A stretch of DNA of 64,000 nucleotides from a virus. Below, piece by piece: positions 37,663 through 47,514 of this stretch. The DNA lies in IMG/VR virus record IMGVR_UViG_3300033153_003354, positions 1 to 64,000 of that record; one strand, given 5' to 3'. The translations under genes were made by a program, and so were the position numbers. Each line of letters starts with the position of its first letter. Position 1 is the first letter of the stretch. The notes under the pieces were generated by a model. It saw only the letters and a list, made by a program, of their open reading frames with translations, was not told the DNA's origin and made no database searches.

Positions 37663-38964
37663 CTACGACAATTGTACTGTTACAATTACTTCTGCTCCAG
37701 TTTTTCGTACCAGCCAAACTGTGCTGTCCAATCCTATTCCCATTCCGGTATCTCCAACAGCCCAACCAGAAAAATCACCATGAACTGGTGTATTTCCTGC
37801 ACATGATATATCTGCTCTTAAATGTAGAGCATAAGCACCAGAATATCTTTGGTTTTGCACATCATCATGATCTACATCTGCACTATTTATCATGGTAGCA
37901 TCTATGTCACCATCCGCATCCAATTTCACTGGTTTTCCTGCATCGCCAGCTCCGGCAGATACATTCAAATGTTCACTTTCTTGGAAATACTGATTGTCCA
38001 ATTGTCCTGCATCAAGTTCCGTTTCGGTGTAATACCTTGCATCCCCACGTGTATCATTATGATACTGTGAATGGTCATCGTCAGCTAATCCACCAACTGA
38101 TCCGTGGTCAATATCAGCATCGTTCACCATAGTTGCGTCAACATTTCCGTCAGCATCTAACTTAACAGGTTTTCCAGCATCTCCGGCTCCTGCTGAAACA
38201 TTGATGTGTTCAGATTGTTGGAAATATCTAGCATCTCCTCTTGTATCATTATGATATTGAGTGTGATCATCATCTCCAAGTCCAAGGAGGTTTCCATGGT
38301 CTGTTGTTTGACCCCAATATTTGAACTCAAGAGCATCGGTATTAACAATATCAGAAGCACTATTATTGATACATCTGAATGTTGAATCCCCATTCAATGT
38401 TCCAGCTTCAACTGCCAAAAATGCACCAGCAGCACTATCTCCACCATCTAAATCTGATCTTCGTGTTAAAGCCCATGGTGTTTCTGCATCTCCGAGTGTG
38501 GTAAGTGTATAAATACCATCATTGATATGACTTGCTCCACCACCTTCATCTTTTACAAGATATTCTTGGTTAAGTGCTGGTGGAATGGCATCAACTGTTG
38601 GAAATGCTCCATTAGCGGAAGCAGTAAGAACATCTAATGTTCTTGTATTTGCTGGTAATGCTTCTGTTGTAGCAACATCCACATTATCTTTACTCACCAT
38701 CGCTTCTATACTAGCAGCAACATAATCTTCCATCTGTTTAACAGATGAAACATCTTGTGTTCCTGCTCCACCATCACCAAGATTGGTAATTTTCTTCGTT
38801 CCGGCACTCAAATCCCCAGACAATGCACGTGAACCATCTTCTAGAAGGTATTGTGTGTGATCGTCATCGCCCAGACCTTGGACATTTCCATGGTCTATGA
38901 CACTGTGTATGTCATCTTCTTCGCTTACTCCATGCTTTGTTGCATGTTTATCTGTGTGTCCCAT
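37663..38964 (-). CDS. fibre-like virion protein with DHG..GL.DDDH.QY repeats
   Basis: Internal repeats; LVKD...GIY...W.LTR fibre motif. Confidence 0.65.
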   Translation of the reverse strand: MGHTDKHATKHGVSEEDDIHSVIDHGNVQGLGDDDHTQYLLEDGSRALSGDLSAGTKKITNLGDGGAGTQDVSSVKQMEDYVAASIEAMVSKDNVDVATTEALPANTRTLDVLTASANGAFPTVDAIPPALNQEYLVKDEGGGASHINDGIYTLTTLGDAETPWALTRRSDLDGGDSAAGAFLAVEAGTLNGDSTFRCINNSASDIVNTDALEFKYWGQTTDHGNLLGLGDDDHTQYHNDTRGDARYFQQSEHINVSAGAGDAGKPVKLDADGNVDATMVNDADIDHGSVGGLADDDHSQYHNDTRGDARYYTETELDAGQLDNQYFQESEHLNVSAGAGDAGKPVKLDADGDIDATMINSADVDHDDVQNQRYSGAYALHLRADISCAGNTPVHGDFSGWAVGDTGMGIGLDSTVWLVRKTGAEVIVTVQLS

Positions 38965-39447
38965 TTAACTCATCTCCATTTTTCGTTGATCTTCGGATGC
39001 TACCTTAAAGATGATCCACATTGTATCATCATTGGTATCATACCAATAGCACCAATCATCGACCAACGTGATAACTGGTTCTGTGTCTTGTCTAAAAACC
39101 TGTCCTCTCAATACTACATCATTTGTATTTGGTGAATCTACCAATGTACCTTCATGTTCACAACACTGACAATCGGTTGGTTCTAACAAAGATGGTATGT
39201 GTTGTACTAAAGCACAACATCGACAGAATTTCTCATAATAGATTGGTGGCTGTCCATCATGACTTGATATTAAACTATCTAATGAAATTTCTTCCTCACC
39301 AGATAATTCCCCATCAAAAAATATAGAAAGATTTGGATCGGTGTAATTTGTGTATTGAAGTGTTGTAACTATTGTTTCATCTGCTTCAATTTCCAGTTCT
39401 AATTTAGTTAGATTTACTGGTGTTATTTCATATTGATATTCAGTCAT
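38965..39447 (-). CDS. hypothetical virion-associated protein
   Basis: In operon; Cys cluster. Confidence 0.55.
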   Translation of the reverse strand: MTEYQYEITPVNLTKLELEIEADETIVTTLQYTNYTDPNLSIFFDGELSGEEEISLDSLISSHDGQPPIYYEKFCRCCALVQHIPSLLEPTDCQCCEHEGTLVDSPNTNDVVLRGQVFRQDTEPVITLVDDWCYWYDTNDDTMWIIFKVASEDQRKMEMS

Positions 39448-39448
39448 C

Positions 39449-39958
39449 TTATTCCACCACCTTTGATATTATCAACCTTTTTCTTCTGACATTTACAGAA
39501 GTTCCAGTTTCACTCCAGAAATAAAAATCAAAATCATAATCACCAGCAGTAGCATCAAGAAAGAAAATCCCCGACTGAATAGAATATTCGGAACTTAAAT
39601 TAGCAAAACGTGCAACCTCAACAGAATCAATTTCAATAGAACCAAAACAGCATCGTTCAGTAAAACCAGAGGTGATTCCATCTCCTTCCATCTCCATTTG
39701 ATATTCAACTTTATATTTGGCTGTTTCAAGTGTCTTGGTTGTGGTCCACGCTAGTTGAGGAGACGTAGAAGATGTGCTATCAACAGCATCTTCACTATCT
39801 TGAATTATTTTAGTGCCAAGATTTTGAATGTCTCCACTATGTTGTGTTACCGAAGATGAACTGATTTGTGCATCAGGAACTTCAACACTAGCATTTAATT
39901 CTGCTATACCATTTGCTACACCTTTAAGTGCATCCGTTAAAATTGTTACTAAACTCAT
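39449..39958 (-). CDS. hypothetical fibre-like protein
   Basis: KGVANGIAELN motif, related to DVANGYCPLD in the upstream gene. Confidence 0.55.
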   Translation of the reverse strand: MSLVTILTDALKGVANGIAELNASVEVPDAQISSSSVTQHSGDIQNLGTKIIQDSEDAVDSTSSTSPQLAWTTTKTLETAKYKVEYQMEMEGDGITSGFTERCCFGSIEIDSVEVARFANLSSEYSIQSGIFFLDATAGDYDFDFYFWSETGTSVNVRRKRLIISKVVE

Positions 39959-41532
39959 ATTATCTCTCCTTCATTAACAAACGCAAAGATGTTGATGGTA
40001 ACATCGTCAGTGGCACATTCTTCAACAGCCAACCCGCCAACACCATCATCGTACATTTTATTCACTCTCACATTAGTTTCCCAATGATCTGTGACCCAAT
40101 TGTTCTTGATAATAGGTACAAACATTAACTGATCATCATATGTAAGATTCTTAGGTTCTACTGTTACATACACACTGAACAACTCATTGGCAATCAGACC
40201 CGTGAGTTGACTATTATAATCAATGGTAATTCCTGTTGTTTTGACATAATCAAATATCCCGAATCGGGTTTCAATATCGTCTGCAATCACGCCATCCATT
40301 GTCTTTGCAAGAACTATATAATCATCAATTCTATCAAGTGCTTTCTGGACAGTGTCTTCACTGGCAGTTAGCACCCTATTGAAATTACCAACAGTAGTAT
40401 TAATCTGACTAGCAAGATAATCACCAGCCACAGCAATAATTGCACCGATACGTCCAAATACAGAACTTACTGCATGAGAATTAAGAATCTTCTCATAGGT
40501 TGTTCCATTATGTAACGCCCAGTCACCCACATCAAATGAGATGTTACCAGAACCAAGATCTTGTGTTCCAGCTACATTAACGATGTAGAACCACCCTGCA
40601 CTACCAGTAGCATCTGCAATTGCTGGTGTGTTAGTTGTAGCGTTCCATCCTCCTTTGGGTTCGAGTTGGTTTAAAATTGCATCTGGAATGTTGGCAGTGG
40701 GTATAAGTGCAGCAGCATCCAACGGACAATAACCATTAGCAACATCACGTTCACTCTCTTTTTGATATTGAATATGTGGGTCAGATAATGCAACGTGATC
40801 GGCCACAGAAGCATCAGCAACAACATCTGCTTCTGCATCTGTATATCTCTGACCAAACGCCATACCATCATCCAATGCTGTTCCATCTGTTACTTTCTCT
40901 ACTTTTCCGTTGGCTTTTATCCCACCAGTTGTCACAATTTTACCTGTTGATGGTACTATAAAAAATCCTGATTTGGTTGCAAAAAACATACTCGTCCATA
41001 CAGATTCAGTCATTAATGTGCCAAAGAAATGTGCTTCAACATTTGGATTATTATGTACCGAACCCTGCACAGTCCCACCATACATCCAAATCTCTGCCCA
41101 TGTAACAGAACCAGATTCGGAAGAATTTTGAAGAATCACATTATGGTTTATAGTGATTGACCAGTTATTCCCAAAAGTGAGTGTACTGATGCCACCCCAC
41201 CAAGACGTTGAAAGTATTGATGCGGATTTATAAATTCCGGCATCTGGTAGTGTGACATTTTGTGAAGAACTTCCTTCATCATCATCAACCATGATGTTTC
41301 TGTGTTCGTTTTCAGCTATCTGGTCAATGGCGTGTTGAATTGTTTCATACGGTTTATAAAGTGTCCCTTCTCCATCTACATCACTACCCCTTGATTGTGA
41401 ACACCATACAAAACTTGAAGGATCACCAAATTTGTTACCATCTATTGATGTATCAACTGGAAAAGCAACTGAATCAGTATAAGTGTGTGGCAATTGATCT
41501 TCAAAATGTGTCCACCCATGAAATTTAACCAC
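39955..41532 (-). CDS. fibre-like virion protein
   Basis: GTLYKPYETIQHAID, GGWNATTNTP, VSSVFGRIGAI motifs. Confidence 0.65.
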   Translation of the reverse strand: MVKFHGWTHFEDQLPHTYTDSVAFPVDTSIDGNKFGDPSSFVWCSQSRGSDVDGEGTLYKPYETIQHAIDQIAENEHRNIMVDDDEGSSSQNVTLPDAGIYKSASILSTSWWGGISTLTFGNNWSITINHNVILQNSSESGSVTWAEIWMYGGTVQGSVHNNPNVEAHFFGTLMTESVWTSMFFATKSGFFIVPSTGKIVTTGGIKANGKVEKVTDGTALDDGMAFGQRYTDAEADVVADASVADHVALSDPHIQYQKESERDVANGYCPLDAAALIPTANIPDAILNQLEPKGGWNATTNTPAIADATGSAGWFYIVNVAGTQDLGSGNISFDVGDWALHNGTTYEKILNSHAVSSVFGRIGAIIAVAGDYLASQINTTVGNFNRVLTASEDTVQKALDRIDDYIVLAKTMDGVIADDIETRFGIFDYVKTTGITIDYNSQLTGLIANELFSVYVTVEPKNLTYDDQLMFVPIIKNNWVTDHWETNVRVNKMYDDGVGGLAVEECATDDVTINIFAFVNEGEII

Positions 41533-41535
41533 GTA

Positions 41536-42087
41536 TTAACCCCCAGAAACTTCCATAACATCACTGGCAGTACCAATAACATATATCATATCAGTATTAT
41601 CAACTTTAATATCTTTGGATTCTCCTGGCATTAATTCAATACCATTTGAAGCACCAGTTAATCCTGCACTAAATGAATAATACATTGGCAACGAATTTCC
41701 TACTCTTGCAGATAATGTTATTTCTTTATGAATTTGATTTGGAGGAACTTGATTTGCACTACCATTAGCTGTCATTATTTCTACAATTCCAGCAGTTGGT
41801 AATTCATCTACACCAAAGATGCTTCCATTTGCATTTCCCTTAACGACAAAATATGTTGTTCCTCCATCATTGGATACCCATATTCCAACACCATCTTCAT
41901 CAGCAACACTTCCACCAGGTGGTTGTAAATTTACTGTACCCGAAAACGTTGCGGATGTTTTTATAGCCCCAGTAACTTCATCTATAGTTATTGGATATAA
42001 ACTTCCATCTGAACCAACTGCTACAGCACCCACAAATTTCTTTGCTTGGTTTTCTATTGGTTGTGTAGGATCTATAGGGTATCCCAT
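41536..42087 (-). CDS. hypothetical structural protein
   Basis: In operon; GIELMPGES. Confidence 0.55.
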   Translation of the reverse strand: MGYPIDPTQPIENQAKKFVGAVAVGSDGSLYPITIDEVTGAIKTSATFSGTVNLQPPGGSVADEDGVGIWVSNDGGTTYFVVKGNANGSIFGVDELPTAGIVEIMTANGSANQVPPNQIHKEITLSARVGNSLPMYYSFSAGLTGASNGIELMPGESKDIKVDNTDMIYVIGTASDVMEVSGG

Positions 42088-42088
42088 T

Positions 42089-42487
42089 TTATTCCACCAC
42101 CCTTATTATAATATGGCGTTTTATAGCCATTTGAATATTAGTTGTAATTCTTTTTGGTAATTCAAATTTACTATCTTTAGTAATAAACATCTCTAAACCA
42201 CCACCATCTTCTGTTCTACATTTTAAACAGTAATCATCATCTCTAAAATCTGGATTTAAAATCCAGTATTCTATATCTGGCGTAACTTCTTCTATTACCT
42301 CTACATTTTCCTCTTCAGTAATTTCATTTTCTATTTTCTCATCTATTACTTCAATTTCTTCATCTTTAACATCATCTTTATCAGATAGTTCAAATGAATT
42401 ATATTCATCCATGGTTAAACTATGAGTTCCTACATGACTTGAAGTAATTTTTTTGTATTTCTTTCCGCAAACTTTGCATTTTTCCAT
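42089..42487 (-). CDS. C2H2-like Zn-finger protein
   Basis: CKVCGKKYKKITSSHVGTH. Confidence 0.6.
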   Translation of the reverse strand: MEKCKVCGKKYKKITSSHVGTHSLTMDEYNSFELSDKDDVKDEEIEVIDEKIENEITEEENVEVIEEVTPDIEYWILNPDFRDDDYCLKCRTEDGGGLEMFITKDSKFELPKRITTNIQMAIKRHIIIRVVE

Positions 42488-42505
42488 GGTTACGCCTCCT
42501 TTTTT

Positions 42506-42540
42506 AAAAAAAAGAAAAGGGAAGACTTATTGCCTTCCCT
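42506..42540 (-). terminator. hairpin plus T-tract after the capsid gene
   Basis: - strand AGGGAAG...CTTCCCT followed by TTTCTTTTTTTT. Confidence 0.7.
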
Positions 42541-42551
42541 AAAAACGGTGC

Positions 42552-42998
42552 TTAAATCACCGTCCCATCGATAACATATGCAGCGTCTGTTTGTACTGCC
42601 TTTGTTTTGAAGAACTTTCTCATGTATGCCAAATCGACACCACGTGAGCCAACTCTTTCAAGTTCAATAGATGTTGCTCTTTGTGAGAAAACAGCATACG
42701 CTGGTTTATCAAAGACCAAAATTTCATCTACTGGAGTAAACAATACAACAGCATTTCCATCTTTATCCTTGTAAGAAACCTTTTTTGTTCTTACAAGTTC
42801 CATGTCCCAAACTTCTTTAATGTAGTCTTTTGCTAACATTTTAGAATTAATAACCCATTCGAATTGAGAAATTCTATTATATTGAGCTGTGTTTAGGCAT
42901 ATATGAGATGCATCGAATCCAGCATCTTCAATAGTAAGTTGTGCTGCTGTTATGTCATCCAATATATCTTGATCTGATGCAGTAACCCATGAATTCAT
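42552..42998 (-). CDS. major capsid protein, C-terminal part
   Basis: HK97-like W....ILDDI..A...I; position after protease and decoration genes. Confidence 0.65.
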   Translation of the reverse strand: MNSWVTASDQDILDDITAAQLTIEDAGFDASHICLNTAQYNRISQFEWVINSKMLAKDYIKEVWDMELVRTKKVSYKDKDGNAVVLFTPVDEILVFDKPAYAVFSQRATSIELERVGSRGVDLAYMRKFFKTKAVQTDAAYVIDGTVI

Positions 42999-43357
42999 AG
43001 CTGCAACAGGTGTTGGTCCACCATAGTAATTTTGGCTTCATCGGTGATTGCAATTCTTTCTTCCCACTGTTCTAGCTGATAAGTAACCCCTTCTTCGAGA
43101 TTAACTTTCTGTTCTCCAGTTTCTGCTCCTTCTGGCTTTTTCATTGCAGTTAGATTTGACCAAATTACAAATTTACCAATCAATCCCATTGATGGGGGTA
43201 GTGGGTTATTAATTGTAATATTCCCAATTATACTATAGTCTGCTGCAACTTTAAGTACACTGTCCAGCATTTGAGAAAACTGCGCTCTAGTTCTTTTGTC
43301 CACGGCATCTGCATGTAGCCATTTGCCAGGAACTCCTTCATTTCCACTTGTAGGCAT
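42995..43357 (-). CDS. major capsid protein, N-terminal part
   Basis: E-loop-like KKPEGAE...IAITDEA. Confidence 0.65.
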   Translation of the reverse strand: MPTSGNEGVPGKWLHADAVDKRTRAQFSQMLDSVLKVAADYSIIGNITINNPLPPSMGLIGKFVIWSNLTAMKKPEGAETGEQKVNLEEGVTYQLEQWEERIAITDEAKITMVDQHLLQL

Positions 43358-43360
43358 TTA

Positions 43361-43765
43361 TTACACCAACCTTATTTCTAGCTCACCAGTAGTAGCATCA
43401 ACAATACGTTCTACATATGCATATAATACATCTGCTGTATCTGCGCCACCAACCCACAAGGCTAGTTCTCCTGCTGCACTTGGCTTAACAGGGTCATCAT
43501 TCGCAAGGGTTCCAGGAGTATCATCCCACCCTTTTACTATTCCAGTGTGTAATACAGCAAGTTCTTCATTAATATCTGGATCTGCTTGTGCAGTTCCGTA
43601 AGGCTTAATACTAGCAGTACACAAAATAACTGGATTGAGTTTTCCTAGATTACTAACAGAATCAGTAACACCCTCTCTGGAAACCACTAGGCCTTCCACA
43701 AAGTCTGTTGCTGTCGCTGAAGAATCTACAACTCCCCCAGTTGCTTTTCCAATTTCATAAGACAT
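43361..43765 (-). CDS. head decoration/cement protein
   Basis: Small gene between scaffold and MCP. Confidence 0.55.
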   Translation of the reverse strand: MSYEIGKATGGVVDSSATATDFVEGLVVSREGVTDSVSNLGKLNPVILCTASIKPYGTAQADPDINEELAVLHTGIVKGWDDTPGTLANDDPVKPSAAGELALWVGGADTADVLYAYVERIVDATTGELEIRLV

Positions 43766-43779
43766 TTTTCATCTCTCCT

Positions 43780-45390
43780 TTATGTTACGGTAAATTTACC
43801 GTCTTCTTTTGTTTCTTCATCTTCTTTAACATCCTCGTTTAATGATTGTTCCATAAACAAATCATTTTGTCCAGCTGTTAGGATATTAATGAATGATGGT
43901 TTGTCTTCGTCACTCATAGACAACAAGAGCTTTTTTGTGTCCTCTGCTTTTGTTGGTGGTATTACACCATTATTTAATAGAGATTCAACTACCTCATCTA
44001 CTTCTTTTGTAGATAGTGCGTTCTCAAGCTCCTTTATTCTACTATCCTTTTCCGACAAAGATGTAGTTACATCATTGAGTTTTGATTCAAATTCCTTTCT
44101 CAATAATTCAACTGCATCTGGCGTTTCAGATAGTTTTTCTTCTTTTGTCACATCAGGTGTTTCCTGAACATCTTCTTCCTTTGAGACTTCTTCGGACATT
44201 TCTTCCTCCCGTTCTTCGGGTTTTTTAACATCTTCTGGTTCACCTTTGGTGACGTTAAGTGTTGATTCTAAAGTTGCAATGAAAGAATCTGGTTTGCCTT
44301 CGGTTTTAGCTACCTCGATTGCTTGTTTTATGCAATCGGTTGAAGACAACTTTGCTTCTTCCTCCTTTTTTTCTTCTACTGATTCCTTTGTTTCCTCTGG
44401 AGTTTCATCAGTTTCAGAAAGTTGTTCTTTAGTTTCTTGCTCATCGTCCTCCGGTGTTACCTTTGTTTCAGTTTCAGAAAGTTTTTCTTCCTTAACTTCT
44501 TCAACAATCTCTTCCGAAGTCTCTTCCTTTTTCTTTTCATCGGACATTTCCCGATCTCCTTTGTTTTCGCTCAACGTTCTTATTATTCCACCATCAATAT
44601 GACAAATTGTACATGCTGGTGAAGTTGTAAGACTAATTTCATCATATTCAAAATTAGATCCTACCCAAATCCCGTCTTGCTTTGTTGCTTGACATCTTAC
44701 TGTCACTGAAAATCCTAAACTCTTATTTTTAAAGAATTCTGGATTTCCTGATTTTAATTCTTTTAATTTATTGACAAACCATCCATCAAAAATAAGAACT
44801 GTTGCTCTTATTCCTAGAACAGTATCGTCCCATCTAACATTTGATAAGAATCCCTTGACTTTGTCTTTGGATCCATCTTCATGTTCATATAAAGTGTGAA
44901 TACGTAGCATTTTAGACATTGATTCCTTTAAGTCTTGCCAAGGATAGAATAACCCCTTCCATGTCCCTTCTGCCAAAGCGATTCCAGTTAATTCTGCTAC
45001 CTCGATACCATCCTGCTCTGTAATACTTATATCAACACTACCAAATGACAATTTATCATTTAATTCAAATGTTTCTTCTTCATTGCTGTTTTTAGCAAAT
45101 ATTTCACATGGAGTGCATCCTTCATTAACATCATTATTTGACACCTCTTTTGCTGCTTCGAATTCAATTGGTCTAAATTCATGATCCTTCAACCATTTTT
45201 TAGCTTGTTCTGGAGTAAATTTACTTGAGTCGAATCTAATTGTTTGAATTTCACTTATTTTCTTTCCACCTTTTGTGAATATTCCAAAGATAACATCTAT
45301 ACCAGAACCAAATTTATCATTAACTCTTCTAAATTCATCGTATTTAGATGGGCTGTTGATTCTTGCTGCGTGTTCTCCTTTCAATGGCAT
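43780..45390 (-). CDS. prohead protease-scaffold fusion
   Basis: LYEH, GFSV, EISLTTSPAC; acidic coiled-coil C-terminal half. Confidence 0.8.
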   Translation of the reverse strand: MPLKGEHAARINSPSKYDEFRRVNDKFGSGIDVIFGIFTKGGKKISEIQTIRFDSSKFTPEQAKKWLKDHEFRPIEFEAAKEVSNNDVNEGCTPCEIFAKNSNEEETFELNDKLSFGSVDISITEQDGIEVAELTGIALAEGTWKGLFYPWQDLKESMSKMLRIHTLYEHEDGSKDKVKGFLSNVRWDDTVLGIRATVLIFDGWFVNKLKELKSGNPEFFKNKSLGFSVTVRCQATKQDGIWVGSNFEYDEISLTTSPACTICHIDGGIIRTLSENKGDREMSDEKKKEETSEEIVEEVKEEKLSETETKVTPEDDEQETKEQLSETDETPEETKESVEEKKEEEAKLSSTDCIKQAIEVAKTEGKPDSFIATLESTLNVTKGEPEDVKKPEEREEEMSEEVSKEEDVQETPDVTKEEKLSETPDAVELLRKEFESKLNDVTTSLSEKDSRIKELENALSTKEVDEVVESLLNNGVIPPTKAEDTKKLLLSMSDEDKPSFINILTAGQNDLFMEQSLNEDVKEDEETKEDGKFTVT

Positions 45391-47438
45391 TATAATCCCG
45401 CCTCTATTGCTCTTTCAAATCCCTCTTGGGGGGATGTTTCTCCTTCTGTCCAATCCCATACCACATTTTCATCAATCACTGTAACTGCTATCCAATATGA
45501 TCTACACTGAAAATGATTTGGTGGTGTTACTTCTTGAACCCTTGGTGAATTTAATGGTAATGTCATACCATCATGTTCAACACAAAATGGTGTGGTTCTG
45601 GTATCTATGATTGCAGAATATTGTACACCCCTAACAAAATCTGAATTTTCATTATACATTCTTAATCTTGCTTCATTAAATGCAGCATTTATATTTGTTC
45701 TTGTTATTGCTCTAATTCCTTGTGGAGATGTTTTTCTAAATTCAACTCTTTCTGCTAATTGTGAACTTAATTCATCAACCGATGTACCTTCTTCAATAGC
45801 AAGATTTATTATAATCATTGCATCTGCCGTCATTGTTATATTAAATTGATTAAGAATTAATGCTGCTCGTATTGAAGCCCATTCCTCTTCTCCCTGCAAA
45901 GATAATTTTACATTTCCTTTTAATTGTGAAATTGCATTTGCTGCTAAAATAGTTCCAGCAATTTGAGTATCCAATAAACTATCTTTAACATCATCCACCA
46001 AAGATTGTTTTGCTTTTGGTATGACTACTTTTTCATCATCCAATATTTTTTGAGCATTATCTTTGAGATATTTCTTTACAAAATTAATATATTTTAAAAG
46101 GGGTTGCTTTAATTTATTTTCACCAGAATCCATGACAGATTCAACTTTTCTAACATCTTCGGGCCATTTTAAAGAAGTTAATTTTGCAGACAAGCCACTA
46201 TCTGGATTCCCTGTTACGTCCTCTTGTTCTGGTACATCTGCAATGACGGGTGGTTTATCATCAACATCTGTTATTGGACTAGTACCATCATTTTTCTTTT
46301 CTGGAATACCAAGTTCTTTTCTAATCCATTTTTCATCTGGACTTATTACTTGTCCATCAATAAGAACTTTAATAACATCTGCCATTTCTTTCTTTTCCCT
46401 GATAGTAAAATCTGGAAATACCAATTCTGGATATTTGTCTATTTTTCCATAATTTAAATCAACTAATAATCTAATAAGTTGTTGCATCATATCAGATGCC
46501 ATTTTTTGAGCACGTTGAATTCTCCACATAAATATTTTCAAATGGGTTTCACCAAGTGCTCTTGCTCCAACATCTTCCTGACCCAGAAGTAAAGTAGGAA
46601 CTAACAATCCTCTCATAATCATTGTATCGTGATAACCAACAGCACGTGAAAAATTTTCACCTTCTGATACTGCATCGATCTTTTTAACGTCGTCACCTTT
46701 TAAAACTGAAAGATTTGTTTTTGTTCTAACACTATCTAACGCAGAATTCATTGATGCTAAATCATTTTTCTTACGAACAAAACCAATGAGTAATGGTGTT
46801 CCATACCTTTCAAGTGCAATGTTCCAAAATTTAGTAACAACATCTTTGATGAACCAGTGTTTGTACACTGATTGTAATTGACTTCTGCCAAGTGAAATTA
46901 ATAATTTATCTGGATTTAATGGAACAGCACCAGAAAGATCTTGTTTAACTGATGTTACATTTCCAAATTTATCCCGTTTAATACCAGTTTCTATTGTTTC
47001 TGGATTAATAACTTTAAGTTTATCTAAATGAACTTGTTTATCTTCTTTGGAATAGGATAATACTGGTTCTGATACAGCCAAACCATAAGATATTCTATTA
47101 TCCATTATTTCTTCAAGAACTTCTTCTAATCCAGATACCATATAATTAGAACACGAATTAACATTTTCAAATTCACCTTCCAAATATTCTACAATCTCTG
47201 ATCCACGTTTATCGTTACCAGTATAATAAATCTTATACCCTTTTGATAATGAAGCTAAAACAATTACTTGAACAGCTGCTTTAACTTGAGCGTCTTCATA
47301 TCTCATTTCAGTATAAGAAGCAAAGGTTATATCGTCATCGATTGAACCAATATTATTTACTCCCCAATAATCATTATACACAAATGATTGTTCTTCGTAG
47401 TAACTACGATCAACATTTGGTCTTTCATCTTTTAGCAT
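45390..47438 (-). CDS. portal (Mu gp29/DUF935-like) fused to MuF-like minor head domain
   Basis: W.IALERYGTP, GARALGETH; C-terminal SAIIDTRTTPFC...PPNHFQCRS. Confidence 0.85.
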   Translation of the reverse strand: MLKDERPNVDRSYYEEQSFVYNDYWGVNNIGSIDDDITFASYTEMRYEDAQVKAAVQVIVLASLSKGYKIYYTGNDKRGSEIVEYLEGEFENVNSCSNYMVSGLEEVLEEIMDNRISYGLAVSEPVLSYSKEDKQVHLDKLKVINPETIETGIKRDKFGNVTSVKQDLSGAVPLNPDKLLISLGRSQLQSVYKHWFIKDVVTKFWNIALERYGTPLLIGFVRKKNDLASMNSALDSVRTKTNLSVLKGDDVKKIDAVSEGENFSRAVGYHDTMIMRGLLVPTLLLGQEDVGARALGETHLKIFMWRIQRAQKMASDMMQQLIRLLVDLNYGKIDKYPELVFPDFTIREKKEMADVIKVLIDGQVISPDEKWIRKELGIPEKKNDGTSPITDVDDKPPVIADVPEQEDVTGNPDSGLSAKLTSLKWPEDVRKVESVMDSGENKLKQPLLKYINFVKKYLKDNAQKILDDEKVVIPKAKQSLVDDVKDSLLDTQIAGTILAANAISQLKGNVKLSLQGEEEWASIRAALILNQFNITMTADAMIIINLAIEEGTSVDELSSQLAERVEFRKTSPQGIRAITRTNINAAFNEARLRMYNENSDFVRGVQYSAIIDTRTTPFCVEHDGMTLPLNSPRVQEVTPPNHFQCRSYWIAVTVIDENVVWDWTEGETSPQEGFERAIEAGL

Positions 47439-47460
47439 AGATAAATTAAAAATTCAATTT

Positions 47461-47513
47461 CATACTATATAAAGGTTTGGGAAAGGTTTATATCCTACTA
47501 TATAAAGGTTTTG
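47461..47513 (-). promoter_or_regulatory. duplicated TATA-like promoter upstream of portal
   Basis: AAACCTTTATATAGTA twice on the - strand; similar motif at 49876-49892. Confidence 0.6.
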
Positions 47514-47514
47514 G

